Virus record (IMG/VR): IMGVR_UViG_3300010882_000010
Reading direction: 5' to 3' (one strand)
DNA length: 64,000 nt
DNA from: a virus
Taxonomy: Duplodnaviria > Heunggongvirae > Uroviricota > Caudoviricetes
The notes under the pieces were generated by a model that had not been told where the DNA came from, did no database searches, and saw only the letters and a program-made list of their open reading frames with translations. Below are positions 26,005-35,954 of the stretch, piece by piece (the first letter of the stretch is position 1; every line of letters starts with the position of its first letter). The position numbers and the translations under genes are program-made.

Positions 26005-27153
26005 ATGAGTGAACGCAAAAATCAAGATGCAATTGACCTCTTGCAAATGAAAGTAAAAGAGGTTACGGACAATAATCAGATTTGCCGTAATATCGAAAAA
26101 TTTGAATTAAAAGACATCAAAATCAGCGATCAGATGACATATGGAAGCAAAATGCTTTCAGATGATGCAATGAAATCTGTTTTAGATGTACTTGAAGTAA
26201 AGCCGGCTTTTAAAGAATTTCAAAAATCCATGTCTGAAAAAGATTGGGAATTAGTTTCAGACAAAATTAAAAAAGCTAAAGGTGAAACTTTTCTTTATGG
26301 TAACGTTACTGATCAAGGTATTGTTGCTGATATCTTTACAATGGATCCTAACAAGAAAAAACCGGATGATATGACTAATAGTTTGGCTGTTATTGATATG
26401 ATTCAGTATGAACTTGCCAATTCTGAATGTGACTATTCTCTTTCGGGTTTTAAATTCGATCCTGAAAAAAATCTTTTTGATGTTGAATTAACCAATGAAA
26501 GTCATCCTGTTGATCTGTTAGGAAATGATCCTTGGAAGACTGGTAATCGTTTCATTTTCAATAGTTTAAGCTTTCAATCAGCGCCCCACTTTATCCGTCA
26601 AATCTGTACTAATGGAATGCACAAAAAAGAGTTTGGTTTTCATTCAGATATCTCTAAAAAATCTTTCAATAACAACAAAATTGAAAAGATAATTGGAAAT
26701 GCTTTACACTCTATCAATGAAACTCATTATCAACTATTAGAAGAGTATTCATCAAGATTGAGAAACAATAACATCTCTTTAGATGAATTTTACGGACACA
26801 AACTTTGGTTCAATAAAGGCGAACGTAAAGAGTCCGAGTATGATATGATGATGGAAAAATACTTTGACGAGGCTCCATTCTACAAAACATATGGATTACC
26901 GGTTAATGAACAACCAAAAACTTGGCTTAGAACAGCAGATTCTGGAATTAATGCTTATGATTTTGTGAACTTGTTAACTTGGATTGCAAGTCATCCAGAA
27001 ACTTCTGGTTTAAGTGAAAAAGATAGTTTAGGTTTGAAAATTATGGCAGGTAACTTGTTTTTCAAAGAAAATCTTGATCTTGTTAATTTAGCACCTCGCA
27101 AAACACCAGAGTACAAGAGATTTGAATATCCGATACTTGCTGAGATGAAATAA
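26005..27153 (+). CDS. DUF932/DUF945-like protein
   Basis: FIRQICTNGM motif, NAYDFVNLLTW; ATG 26005 lies downstream of the promoter. Confidence 0.6.
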   Translation: MSERKNQDAIDLLQMKVKEVTDNNQICRNIEKFELKDIKISDQMTYGSKMLSDDAMKSVLDVLEVKPAFKEFQKSMSEKDWELVSDKIKKAKGETFLYGNVTDQGIVADIFTMDPNKKKPDDMTNSLAVIDMIQYELANSECDYSLSGFKFDPEKNLFDVELTNESHPVDLLGNDPWKTGNRFIFNSLSFQSAPHFIRQICTNGMHKKEFGFHSDISKKSFNNNKIEKIIGNALHSINETHYQLLEEYSSRLRNNNISLDEFYGHKLWFNKGERKESEYDMMMEKYFDEAPFYKTYGLPVNEQPKTWLRTADSGINAYDFVNLLTWIASHPETSGLSEKDSLGLKIMAGNLFFKENLDLVNLAPRKTPEYKRFEYPILAEMK

Positions 27154-27213
27154 TCAAAAAAAATTACTATAATAACTCAACTAACTAACAATTACTAACT
27201 TAACTAAAGCCCG

Positions 27214-27249
27214 GAAACAAGAGATAACTTAAAATTGTCTCTTGTTTTC
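27214..27249 (+). terminator. intrinsic terminator
   Basis: GAAACAAGAGATAA...TTGTCTCTTGTTTT hairpin. Confidence 0.7.
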
Positions 27250-27298
27250 ATTAAAAGCAAAGCGCTAAAAAAGCGAAATTAAAAAGACATGACTATTA

Positions 27299-28387
27299 AT
27301 GGAAATGTCAAAAAAAATATCGGTTAAAATCGGTCAAACCGAAGTTGGAAAAATTAATGAAAATGATGTGCAAACAATTTCACAATTAACCAATATTACA
27401 AAAAATGCAGAATACAAAGAAATTATCATTAATTGTTTTGTTAATGAAATTAACATAGTAAACTTGAATGATGATAAAAAAGAAACAGTAAGTGAGGATC
27501 TTTATTTAGCCATCTCTTCCGAAGAAAATAATTGTAAACAATTAGCTAATTATCTTCAAAATCGTACTATTTTACTAGAAAATTTCATAGGAAGAAAATT
27601 TAACATAGAAGAAATTAACAATCAGATTGGAATTACTTCTAAAAAAACAGCAACAAAGTTTTTTAAGTACAATTGGTCATCTTCTCCAACAATGGGACAA
27701 GGTGAAATTTATCTTTCAACAATTTTTAAAGATGGCAGAAAACCAATACCTGGACAAGAAAAAGGTGATATTAAAATTGGTAATACTATTGTTGAATGTA
27801 AAGGAACGAATGGAAGATTATCAGGTCAACATGGATATGGAACAGCAAGAGATATGAGAGGTTCTTTTTCTAAAATGATTGAATGGATTGCAATAGAAGC
27901 TGGACTTTTAGATTACAAAGTACTTGATACAGGAGAAGAAACATTTTGGAGTATTGCAAAAAATCAAAAGCGCGGAATAGAAAAAAATTTAATGAATATC
28001 GTAGAACTTAGAGAAAAAGAATTTACTCGTGAATTTCGTTCTATTATTTCACTTAAAATTGTTGAAGCATGGAAAAGAGGCTATCTTTTAGATATTAAGG
28101 TAAATGACTACAAAGATTTTTTTACTGATACAATACGAAATGATGGATCAATTGATAAACATGCTTTTTGCTTAGCAACTTTAGAAATGATGTTTCTTTA
28201 TTATCATGAAATGGAAAAGTTTAATTACTTAGCAATGGTTAATACTAAATCAGGTAATGTTTTGATAATAGAACCTAAAGATTTCATGGATTATGTTAGA
28301 GCTGGTAAAATTTTACTTACTGGTACACCATCTTTTACAGATAGAGCGGGTAATCAAGGTGGAGTTTGTGGAATTTCAATTAAGTAA
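27299..28387 (+). CDS. PD-(D/E)xK nuclease-like protein
   Basis: GQGEIYL...GDIKIG..IVECKG..GRL. Confidence 0.6.
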   Translation: MEMSKKISVKIGQTEVGKINENDVQTISQLTNITKNAEYKEIIINCFVNEINIVNLNDDKKETVSEDLYLAISSEENNCKQLANYLQNRTILLENFIGRKFNIEEINNQIGITSKKTATKFFKYNWSSSPTMGQGEIYLSTIFKDGRKPIPGQEKGDIKIGNTIVECKGTNGRLSGQHGYGTARDMRGSFSKMIEWIAIEAGLLDYKVLDTGEETFWSIAKNQKRGIEKNLMNIVELREKEFTREFRSIISLKIVEAWKRGYLLDIKVNDYKDFFTDTIRNDGSIDKHAFCLATLEMMFLYYHEMEKFNYLAMVNTKSGNVLIIEPKDFMDYVRAGKILLTGTPSFTDRAGNQGGVCGISIK

Positions 28388-28404
28388 CAGAGTTTTGAAA
28401 AAGT

Positions 28405-28420
28405 GGAATAGATAGTAAAA
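28405..28420 (+). promoter_or_regulatory. class A phage promoter
   Basis: GGAATAGATAGTAAAA. Confidence 0.7.
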
Positions 28421-28433
28421 GAGGTTTACTATC

Positions 28434-28862
28434 ATGGGCAGAAAATCTTTTCATTATGATCAAGAAAGATTTAGTTGGTCTGAAATGTTTGCTAATGCAG
28501 AAACAGGTAAAACATCAGCAACAGGATTTACTGGTGTAATTTGTATTGGAGTTGGTTTACTTGGATTTATTGCAAGTTTTGTTTTCATGTTTTTGAACAA
28601 AAGATTAGGTGAAGCAAGTGGTGAAGCAATTTATCAGTCCATAATTTTAATTACAATAGGTGCAGCTTTACTTGGTGTTCGTAAACTTTCATTTTCAAAA
28701 GCAGGAGTGAATGCAGCAGATGATTATGTTGACAAACCGAGTACTGGAAATTCAGGTAATAATTCAGGAAATAACAATAATTCCGGAGGTACAACCACAA
28801 AACCTAAAGCAAGTACAGCACCTCTAGAATATTATGATGGGGGTAGTTACTATGATAGTTAA
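28434..28862 (+). CDS. two-TM membrane protein with low-complexity tail (holin candidate)
   Basis: Two hydrophobic helices, GNNS-rich tail, class A promoter. Confidence 0.5.
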   Translation: MGRKSFHYDQERFSWSEMFANAETGKTSATGFTGVICIGVGLLGFIASFVFMFLNKRLGEASGEAIYQSIILITIGAALLGVRKLSFSKAGVNAADDYVDKPSTGNSGNNSGNNNNSGGTTTKPKASTAPLEYYDGGSYYDS

Positions 28863-29223
28863 AGGTTTTCAAACTTTTGAAGAGTTTCTTACTGAAAAAT
28901 GGGGTGAATCTAAGTTACAAAAAGAACTACAACAAAAGTACAAAGATGTAATTAAATCTTTAACTATTCATGAAAATGATGATTGTATTGACCTTAATTT
29001 TATTGTGATAAAGTCGGATGAAAGAGAAAAAGGATGGGGAGAGAAAATAATGAAGGATATTATTGCATACTCTGAAAAAGTTAAAAAACCTATCATACTT
29101 TCACCAGAAGACAGTCATGGAACTGAATTAACAAAACTAGAAAATTGGTACCGAAAGTTTGGATTTGAGTATGAAGATGGACAAAAGTATGGATATCTTT
29201 TTTGTATGGTACGAAATCCTTAA
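28852..29223 (+). CDS. GNAT acetyltransferase with capsid-targeting-like N-terminus
   Basis: REKGWGEKIM acetyl-CoA motif, LENWYRKFGF; N-terminus FQTFEEFLTE. Confidence 0.8.
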   Translation: MIVKGFQTFEEFLTEKWGESKLQKELQQKYKDVIKSLTIHENDDCIDLNFIVIKSDEREKGWGEKIMKDIIAYSEKVKKPIILSPEDSHGTELTKLENWYRKFGFEYEDGQKYGYLFCMVRNP

Positions 29224-29229
29224 AAACTA

Positions 29230-29257
29230 AAACTTTTCTTTAATTCTGTGTAATAAT
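29230..29257 (+). promoter_or_regulatory. class B phage promoter
   Basis: AAACTTTT-N12-TAATAATC. Confidence 0.65.
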
Positions 29258-29275
29258 CAAAAAGATTTAAAACAC

Positions 29276-29884
29276 ATGAAGATATTGGATTTTATCACTA
29301 AGTACGATCTAGGTTGGAAAGATACTGTTTACTTTTCTAAAATGACTGAAACTCAACTTAATGAGTTTAAAACTTGTGAAGAGTTTGCAGACGTTAAAAC
29401 GTTTAATGTTACTGATCCAAATGACAGTTTTTTTCAAAATAATGCAATTGATTTTAGATTAGTACCATTAAAAGATACTACAACTTTTAACAAACGGATT
29501 AATCTTGTTTCTATTAACATCTTTGGACCATTTGGAAATCATGATGTTTACGATTTGCCAGATGGATTTTCAATGTTTCGGTTTGTTGATGAAAAAGAAC
29601 TAAAAAACAAAGGTGGTTTAGTTTTCAAGTTTGATTACAATGAAGTTTCAAAAAATCTTCTTTCTACTGATGAAATCAGATTTACAATTGCAAAATACTT
29701 GAAAGAATTTAGTGAAGATTTAAGTAGTAAAAAACTTGATGAAGACAAGTTTCATCAGTATTACTATTTAATTGGAATTCGTTGCCACAAAGATTCTATT
29801 CTTGAAGATACAACAGTTTTGGGTGAGACAATTAAAGTTCCTGAAAAGAACATCACAAAAGAATTGAAAATTTTTCCAGCTTAA
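29276..29884 (+). CDS. hypothetical protein
   Basis: 202-aa ORF. Confidence 0.6.
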   Translation: MKILDFITKYDLGWKDTVYFSKMTETQLNEFKTCEEFADVKTFNVTDPNDSFFQNNAIDFRLVPLKDTTTFNKRINLVSINIFGPFGNHDVYDLPDGFSMFRFVDEKELKNKGGLVFKFDYNEVSKNLLSTDEIRFTIAKYLKEFSEDLSSKKLDEDKFHQYYYLIGIRCHKDSILEDTTVLGETIKVPEKNITKELKIFPA

Positions 29885-30222
29885 TGCCACATCATGTTAA
29901 TTTTGATACACTCGAAAATCAACTTTCTGATGTTGATATAATGGATATTGATGTAATTGGTTGGAAAAAACCATTACAAATTGAGTATGTCTATGTGAAA
30001 GATCATGTTAACAAATTGTTTTGGCGTGTAAAAGGAACAACGCATACTTTTACTATCGAATTAGAACAACTTAACAAAATTTCACAGGGGGATTATGTTC
30101 TTCATTTTCAACAGGCTTTAACAGTTTTTCGAGATGATTTAATCAAATGGGCAGCAGAAGGATTAACAGAAAAATGGATGCGAGAATATCTTTACATGTA
30201 CAAAAATTACATCATACTATAA
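29884..30222 (+). CDS. hypothetical protein
   Basis: TAATG-coupled ORF. Confidence 0.6.
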   Translation: MPHHVNFDTLENQLSDVDIMDIDVIGWKKPLQIEYVYVKDHVNKLFWRVKGTTHTFTIELEQLNKISQGDYVLHFQQALTVFRDDLIKWAAEGLTEKWMREYLYMYKNYIIL

Positions 30223-30806
30223 TGGAACAAAACAAAGTATCGAAAGAAGAAAAAATGGAAATTCTACCTGAAGATAGAATTATGCTAAAGCCTGGTGCTT
30301 TTGCAGACGATTATTATCCAACAGAAGAAGAATATCAGCAAATGACACAAGGGAATGGAAGTGCAAATTTAGGAAATGCAAACAGGATTCCACATCCTAA
30401 TGAAATTGCTTTAAACCCAGATTATGCAGTAAAACCACCAATAGTAAAAAGAGAAAAAGTTAATCCATTATTAGCTGGAATTCCAACAGAAGGTGAATCT
30501 CAAAAAAGAAAGAAAAATGCTTTATTAGATGGAATTGAAGAGGAAAATTTTAAACAAAAAGCGCCTGTTAATCCAGATTTAGAATTAATTACTAGATTAT
30601 TGACTAATTGTAAAAAATCTGAGTTTGAAATTGATTTCAATCTTAAAGTAAAATTACCATACATCAAATTTTTCGATATTTTTGATGATGATTTTGTGAA
30701 CAAAAATGAAGAATTGATTTTTGATGAAATTACAAAGTTGATAGATCAAAAGTTAATAACAGAACAACTAAAAGAAAAAGTAAAGGAAATCTACGATGTA
30801 CAATAG
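30222..30806 (+). CDS. hypothetical protein
   Basis: ATG 30222 overlaps the preceding TAA. Confidence 0.6.
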   Translation: MEQNKVSKEEKMEILPEDRIMLKPGAFADDYYPTEEEYQQMTQGNGSANLGNANRIPHPNEIALNPDYAVKPPIVKREKVNPLLAGIPTEGESQKRKKNALLDGIEEENFKQKAPVNPDLELITRLLTNCKKSEFEIDFNLKVKLPYIKFFDIFDDDFVNKNEELIFDEITKLIDQKLITEQLKEKVKEIYDVQ

Positions 30807-31122
30807 ACATGAGCGCAGGAAAATAGCCAAAAATCTTGGAATGACTAAAGAAAAAATGGCAAAAGAAAATGGTGAAACAGTTGAAGAAATCACAAGAAGA
30901 ATGATTGCAGCAGGTAAACAGATTCATCAAAATAATAAAGAAGAAGTTTTAAATGCACAAATTAAAGCAGAAGCTGAAAAAGAAGCTAAGATTTTGCAAA
31001 GTTTAATGGAACCAACAAAAGATAGAAGGGGTAAAGTACTTAAAGAAGGTCTAAGTTATGAAGAAGCTATGAAGATGATAAAGCATAATCGTCAATTAGA
31101 CATGAAAAAACAGGGCTTCTAG
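30796..31122 (+). CDS. hypothetical basic helical protein
   Basis: N-terminal NRHERR motif. Confidence 0.6.
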   Translation: MYNRHERRKIAKNLGMTKEKMAKENGETVEEITRRMIAAGKQIHQNNKEEVLNAQIKAEAEKEAKILQSLMEPTKDRRGKVLKEGLSYEEAMKMIKHNRQLDMKKQGF

Positions 31123-31127
31123 AAAGT

Positions 31128-31143
31128 AGAATAAATAGTAGAA
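31128..31143 (+). promoter_or_regulatory. class A phage promoter
   Basis: AGAATAAATAGTAGAA. Confidence 0.7.
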
Positions 31144-31158
31144 AATAGCAATAGTTTA

Positions 31159-31635
31159 ATGAAATTCTACTTTTCATCAGAACCGGCAGAATTTGTTCGG
31201 TCTTCTTTTTTTGTGAATAATGGTTTAATTGTAATAGATCCAAATGAGATTGTGGAAGAATTTGAAACAATTAAAAACATGAAGCACTTTGGATTTCTTG
31301 TTAATGAAGAGTTAAAAGCAAGGATAATTAATTCAATAGAACGGAAAAAGAATGCAATAGTTGTTTACACTAATGAACATCTTGATTGTGAAATCATTGA
31401 AAGTGTAAAACTGTTTTTGTTGGAAAGAAAAAAACATGTTACTTTTGCTTACATCAAGAAAGAAGATTCAGAAGAAAAAGAATACTATCATCTGTTTGAT
31501 GAGATAATTCATTTTCCAAAAGCAAAAAAAGGAAAGTTAATTGAATGTGAACCGATAAAAAGTCCATTATTTTATTGGGCAAATGGTTTTAAGAAGCCGA
31601 AATTTCTAAAAGAAACTAAAAATCCTCAATCTTAA
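31159..31635 (+). CDS. hypothetical protein
   Basis: 158-aa ORF with own promoter and terminator. Confidence 0.6.
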   Translation: MKFYFSSEPAEFVRSSFFVNNGLIVIDPNEIVEEFETIKNMKHFGFLVNEELKARIINSIERKKNAIVVYTNEHLDCEIIESVKLFLLERKKHVTFAYIKKEDSEEKEYYHLFDEIIHFPKAKKGKLIECEPIKSPLFYWANGFKKPKFLKETKNPQS

Positions 31636-31649
31636 GTTGGGGATTTTTT
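31618..31649 (+). terminator. intrinsic terminator
   Basis: AAAAATCCTCAA...TTGGGGATTTTTT. Confidence 0.7.
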
Positions 31650-31665
31650 GATTGCATGAAATCCT

Positions 31666-31681
31666 GGAATAAATAGTAAAA
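31666..31681 (+). promoter_or_regulatory. class A phage promoter for the baseplate operon
   Basis: GGAATAAATAGTAAAA. Confidence 0.75.
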
Positions 31682-31692
31682 AGTACTGTACA

Positions 31693-33888
31693 ATGGAAGA
31701 AGAAATGGATGTAATGGGTCCAGAGCCTCAAAAAGAAGGTAATTGGTGGAGAGTCTATGCTAGAATAGGACCAAAGTATGATTTTATTGGTATTGGTACT
31801 GAAAATGCTGGACAAAGAACAGGTTGGACATTTTCATATGTTCCAAGAAATGAAGATGGTAGTTTACCAGAAGGATACAATGTTGCAAAGCCGGCAAGTA
31901 CAAAACCGGAACCTAAAGAAGATGGTTTTGTTAATCCTCCAATGGCAGAATCTTTAGTAGCAGAAGAACCTAAAAGAGGTGAAAAAGCACAGAATAATCC
32001 AAGCGATCCAAGATTAAACAATATCTTTGTTCAAAAAGATGACAATGGTTTCTATGAAATTAGAAGACCTTACTATTCTGAAGATATGGATGATGGTTCA
32101 GCAGGATTACACGATAGAGAGAATGCAAAGAAAGAAAAAACTAACAATGAAACTAAAGGTGTACCATCTTTAATTAACAAGTTTGCAATTGTTAGATTAA
32201 AAGGAGCATACACAGATGAAACCGACAAAGCATACTCTTTAATTGATACACCAGGAAAAAGGCGTTGGTATGAAGATTTTGATTTTGGGGGACCAATTGA
32301 TAACAGAAATCTAAATTTACCAGGATATTCAAAAGATGTTACAGTTTCTAAATTAATTGATTTTGGTTTAGCAAATCCAAGAGGAGTTACACCATACAAC
32401 TATTCAGATTTTGCATATTGCACTTACTTTAATCGAATTCCTAACAATTACTTGATTACTTTAAGAAGATTTGCAGTTCCTACTTTTGATTCACTTGATT
32501 TTCCGTTTTTTACCGATACTTCAAAGATAATTAAAGGAAGTGAAACTGGCACAGTAAAAGATAAAGATGGCAAAGAAGTTAAAAAAACAATGCCTACTAT
32601 TAAAGTTGAGAATGATAAATCAGAACCTACAATTGATAAACAATTAAAGTCTCCTCCAATTGCACAAGCAATAACGTGGTTAGGTGATGTAACAGATAAC
32701 AAATTAAGTTCTTTACTTTCATTTTCTTGTGGATTAGGTTGGAAGCCATTAAAAGCAAAAGTTAATGAAAATAGTGAACAGATGGATGATCCTGCGAGTT
32801 CAAATCTTCCGGGGTGGATGAAAGGATTTGCAAGTTCTTTAGCAATGCTAGAAGCTAATGTTGCGGGTAAAGGTGCTAATATTCATTCAGGTACACCTCC
32901 AGATCCCTATGAAGATGGTCCATATGCAAATAGAGTAATTGGTCCTGTTAATAAGATTGATTCTGTAATGCAAAGAGACGATGATGGATTAAAATTTGAC
33001 CACAAACTTTCTCTTAATTTTCATTACAGTTCTCGTTCAATAGGTAACATCAATTCTAAAGCAGCAATGCTTGATATAATATCAAACTTTTTGTTACTTT
33101 GTTACAGTTCTGCACCATTTTGGGGCGGTGTAAACAGATTTAGAGGTTCAGCACAAGCATATCCTTGGAAAAAAGGTATGGCAGCAATTTACTCAGGAAA
33201 TCCAGCAAAAGCGCTGAATGCTATTACACACAGTTTGTCTAATATTGGATCAGCACTTACCGATATGTTAAACAATATCTTGCAGAATCCAATTGAGGGA
33301 TTAAAAGCACTTGCTGGAAATGTTGGACAAAAATTATTCCAACATCAATTAGCAGGTAAAGCGCCAATGTTTAAAGGAATGCGCGCACTTTTAACAGGAG
33401 AACCTGTGGGAGATTGGCACTTAGTAATTGGTAATCCATTTAATCCTATTATGATGATAGGAAATTTAGTTTGCACCGGTTGTGATTTTAAGTTTAATGA
33501 TGAACTTAGTGCTGATGATTTTCCAACAGAGATGACTGTTACAGTTACTTTAGAACATGGAATGCCACGTGATAGAATTGCAATTGAATCCATGTTTAAT
33601 AAAGGATCTGGTAGAATTTACGCTTTACCTGATGGATTAGAACAAAGTTTGTCTTCTAATAATGAAACAGGTGTGGATAAGAATACAGGAACAAGAAATC
33701 CTTACGTAAACAAAGTAATGGGGGTTGACAAATTAAGTAATACTACAAATGGAATTAAAGGTAAAGCACAATTTGATCAAATTGTAGACAGTACGCAAAA
33801 AGCAAAAAAGGTAGCAGTGGATCAAGGAACAAGACTAGCAGCAATAATGGAAATGGGATATGGATCCTATGGAGAAGGTAAAAAATAA
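31693..33888 (+). CDS. putative baseplate/tail-tube junction protein (gp48-like)
   Basis: Position before gp53-like gene; C-terminal NLVCTGCDFKF...FPTEMTVTVTL tube-fold pattern. Confidence 0.5.
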   Translation: MEEEMDVMGPEPQKEGNWWRVYARIGPKYDFIGIGTENAGQRTGWTFSYVPRNEDGSLPEGYNVAKPASTKPEPKEDGFVNPPMAESLVAEEPKRGEKAQNNPSDPRLNNIFVQKDDNGFYEIRRPYYSEDMDDGSAGLHDRENAKKEKTNNETKGVPSLINKFAIVRLKGAYTDETDKAYSLIDTPGKRRWYEDFDFGGPIDNRNLNLPGYSKDVTVSKLIDFGLANPRGVTPYNYSDFAYCTYFNRIPNNYLITLRRFAVPTFDSLDFPFFTDTSKIIKGSETGTVKDKDGKEVKKTMPTIKVENDKSEPTIDKQLKSPPIAQAITWLGDVTDNKLSSLLSFSCGLGWKPLKAKVNENSEQMDDPASSNLPGWMKGFASSLAMLEANVAGKGANIHSGTPPDPYEDGPYANRVIGPVNKIDSVMQRDDDGLKFDHKLSLNFHYSSRSIGNINSKAAMLDIISNFLLLCYSSAPFWGGVNRFRGSAQAYPWKKGMAAIYSGNPAKALNAITHSLSNIGSALTDMLNNILQNPIEGLKALAGNVGQKLFQHQLAGKAPMFKGMRALLTGEPVGDWHLVIGNPFNPIMMIGNLVCTGCDFKFNDELSADDFPTEMTVTVTLEHGMPRDRIAIESMFNKGSGRIYALPDGLEQSLSSNNETGVDKNTGTRNPYVNKVMGVDKLSNTTNGIKGKAQFDQIVDSTQKAKKVAVDQGTRLAAIMEMGYGSYGEGKK

Positions 33889-33897
33889 TAACAGAAG

Positions 33898-34470
33898 ATG
33901 AGATTTCCAAAAACAGTTGAAAGTAAGCCTATTATTACTGATAAAAACGGTGAGGCTATTAGAGATTTGACAACTCAATCTTTAAAGGATAATGAGTTCA
34001 TCTATGTTGATATGATGGCAGTTCCGCGCGATTTTATTATGAGACCTGAATTAATTGCACATCTTAGAATGGGTAATGTTGATAAACTTGAAATTTTATT
34101 GAAAGCCAATGAAATTTCAAATCCATTTTCAATTGATGAAAATGATATCATGTTAATTCCAGAAGTAATTACTTCAGATAAAAAGTTTGTTACAGAATTA
34201 GTGGGTGGTGATGTTAGAAAAATCATTAAAAAACAGTACATTGATCCCAAGAAATCTGATATCAAAAATACCGGAGATAACTATGAAGATTACAGAGATA
34301 GAGAAAAAACAATGTTACCTCCTAATTATGCAAAAGAAGATGATAAAGAGTTTGTTCTCACAGGTGGTAAAATTGTATTAGGTCCTTATGTAACCAAGAA
34401 AGCATACAAAGGAGATGTACCATTAGCAAAACAAAGATTTCTAGAAAAAATGCAAGAGTTAAGAAAGTAA
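33898..34470 (+). CDS. baseplate wedge protein (gp53/LysM-like)
   Basis: RPELIA...G.....ILLKANEISNPFSIDENDIMLIP. Confidence 0.8.
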   Translation: MRFPKTVESKPIITDKNGEAIRDLTTQSLKDNEFIYVDMMAVPRDFIMRPELIAHLRMGNVDKLEILLKANEISNPFSIDENDIMLIPEVITSDKKFVTELVGGDVRKIIKKQYIDPKKSDIKNTGDNYEDYRDREKTMLPPNYAKEDDKEFVLTGGKIVLGPYVTKKAYKGDVPLAKQRFLEKMQELRK

Positions 34471-34471
34471 A

Positions 34472-35941
34472 ATGGGTAAAACAATAGCAAGTCTTTTCGA
34501 ACCAACAATTGAACTCGATGAACAGGTAATGACCGACTATTCATATGGTAGCGCTGGAATTGATCCAAGTGCATATCCAGCCAATGAATTCAGAGGTGTA
34601 GATTTTCCGCACATCAATGTTAACGATTACACTTTTGGTGCAGAAGAGATAATGAAGTTTAATATCGACTGTACTGGAATTGTACCAAAGGTCTTCATTA
34701 AGGTTGTTTTGGCGACCTCTGGTGAGTTTTTATCCAAATCTATGCCAATGGACGGAGATATTGTTTCGGTGTACGTACGAGGTAAAGATGACCTTTTTAA
34801 GCCTATTCGAAATGACTATTTGATAACATCTGTGAGTACAATGGCAACACAAGATACATCAGCAGAAGGAGCCGGAAGTATTATCTCAATTGAAGGAGAT
34901 TTAAACATTCCCGGTCTTTATGATGAAACCATTTTTTCAGAACAGGGAACATCTTTTGAAGTTATGAAGAAACTTGCAGAACAGATGGGATTAGGATTTG
35001 CAACAAATGAAGATAATACCGATGATGAAATGAATTGGATTTGTGCCAATGATACTAAGTTAGAATTCATGAAACATGTTACAGGTGCAGCTTGGAAAGA
35101 TGAGACAAGTTTTTTTACTTTTTTTATTGACATGTACTATCATCTTAATTTTGTGAATGTTAATGATTTAATTACCTATGATGCAAGTACTTTATTAGCA
35201 CTTGCAGAGAATACAATGAGTGGAGGACAGTATGGTGAAGAAGAAACAGGAAAAGGTTTAATGGAAAAATGCTTTACCAACCATTCAAATCAAAGAAGTT
35301 CAAATTTCTACGTTAATAATTTTAAACCTATTAACAACTCTTCACAAATTTCAAAGAATTATGGTTATGCACTGAATACAATTTTCTATGATCATATTGG
35401 AAAAGAAGAGTGGCAATTACAAGCAAAAAGTTTGGTAACAGAAGGTGCTGAATCTCAAAAGGTTTTATTAAGGGGAAGAGCAAATGACGATAGTTACAAT
35501 AATCAACAAAAGTACAACTATGTTGGTATTCAATACAATCATAGTGAACTAGAAAATTCTAATGTTCATGAGAATTTTTACTTTGCAAGAGCACACAATA
35601 TGATGAATAATTTAGAAATGGACAAAGTAAACTTAGAGGTAAAAATCAACAAGTTTAATCTTAATATCTACCGATATGAAAATGTGCCCGCGATTTTCTT
35701 TGTAACAAGTGATATCAAAAGAATGAAAGAATTGTCAGATGATGAAGAACAAGTTGATCCAACATCTGATGATCCAGAAACAGTACCAATTGCCGTAGAT
35801 AGAGTGTACACTGGACATTATCTTGTTAAAGGACTGACTATTGTATTCAGTCCAACAGGTCAAGAATCTCCACAAGATTCCGGAATAACAGAAACTTTGG
35901 TATTAAGTAGAAGAGAGTGGCCAAGTCCATCAGGAGTTTAA
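34472..35941 (+). CDS. putative baseplate hub protein (gp27-like)
   Basis: Synteny between gp53-like and gp5-like genes; GTSFEVMKKLA, FFIDMYYHLNF, YTGHYLV. Confidence 0.6.
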   Translation: MGKTIASLFEPTIELDEQVMTDYSYGSAGIDPSAYPANEFRGVDFPHINVNDYTFGAEEIMKFNIDCTGIVPKVFIKVVLATSGEFLSKSMPMDGDIVSVYVRGKDDLFKPIRNDYLITSVSTMATQDTSAEGAGSIISIEGDLNIPGLYDETIFSEQGTSFEVMKKLAEQMGLGFATNEDNTDDEMNWICANDTKLEFMKHVTGAAWKDETSFFTFFIDMYYHLNFVNVNDLITYDASTLLALAENTMSGGQYGEEETGKGLMEKCFTNHSNQRSSNFYVNNFKPINNSSQISKNYGYALNTIFYDHIGKEEWQLQAKSLVTEGAESQKVLLRGRANDDSYNNQQKYNYVGIQYNHSELENSNVHENFYFARAHNMMNNLEMDKVNLEVKINKFNLNIYRYENVPAIFFVTSDIKRMKELSDDEEQVDPTSDDPETVPIAVDRVYTGHYLVKGLTIVFSPTGQESPQDSGITETLVLSRREWPSPSGV

Positions 35942-35954
35942 AATTTGAGTAATA

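Noticed and set aside
27165-27210. AACT-rich short repeats as replication iterons
   Set aside because: Short, irregular low-complexity tract in an AT-rich 3' UTR; no supporting evidence
28745-28790. GGAAATTCAGGTAATAATTCAGGAAAT repeat
   Set aside because: Encodes a Gly/Asn/Ser linker; ordinary low complexity
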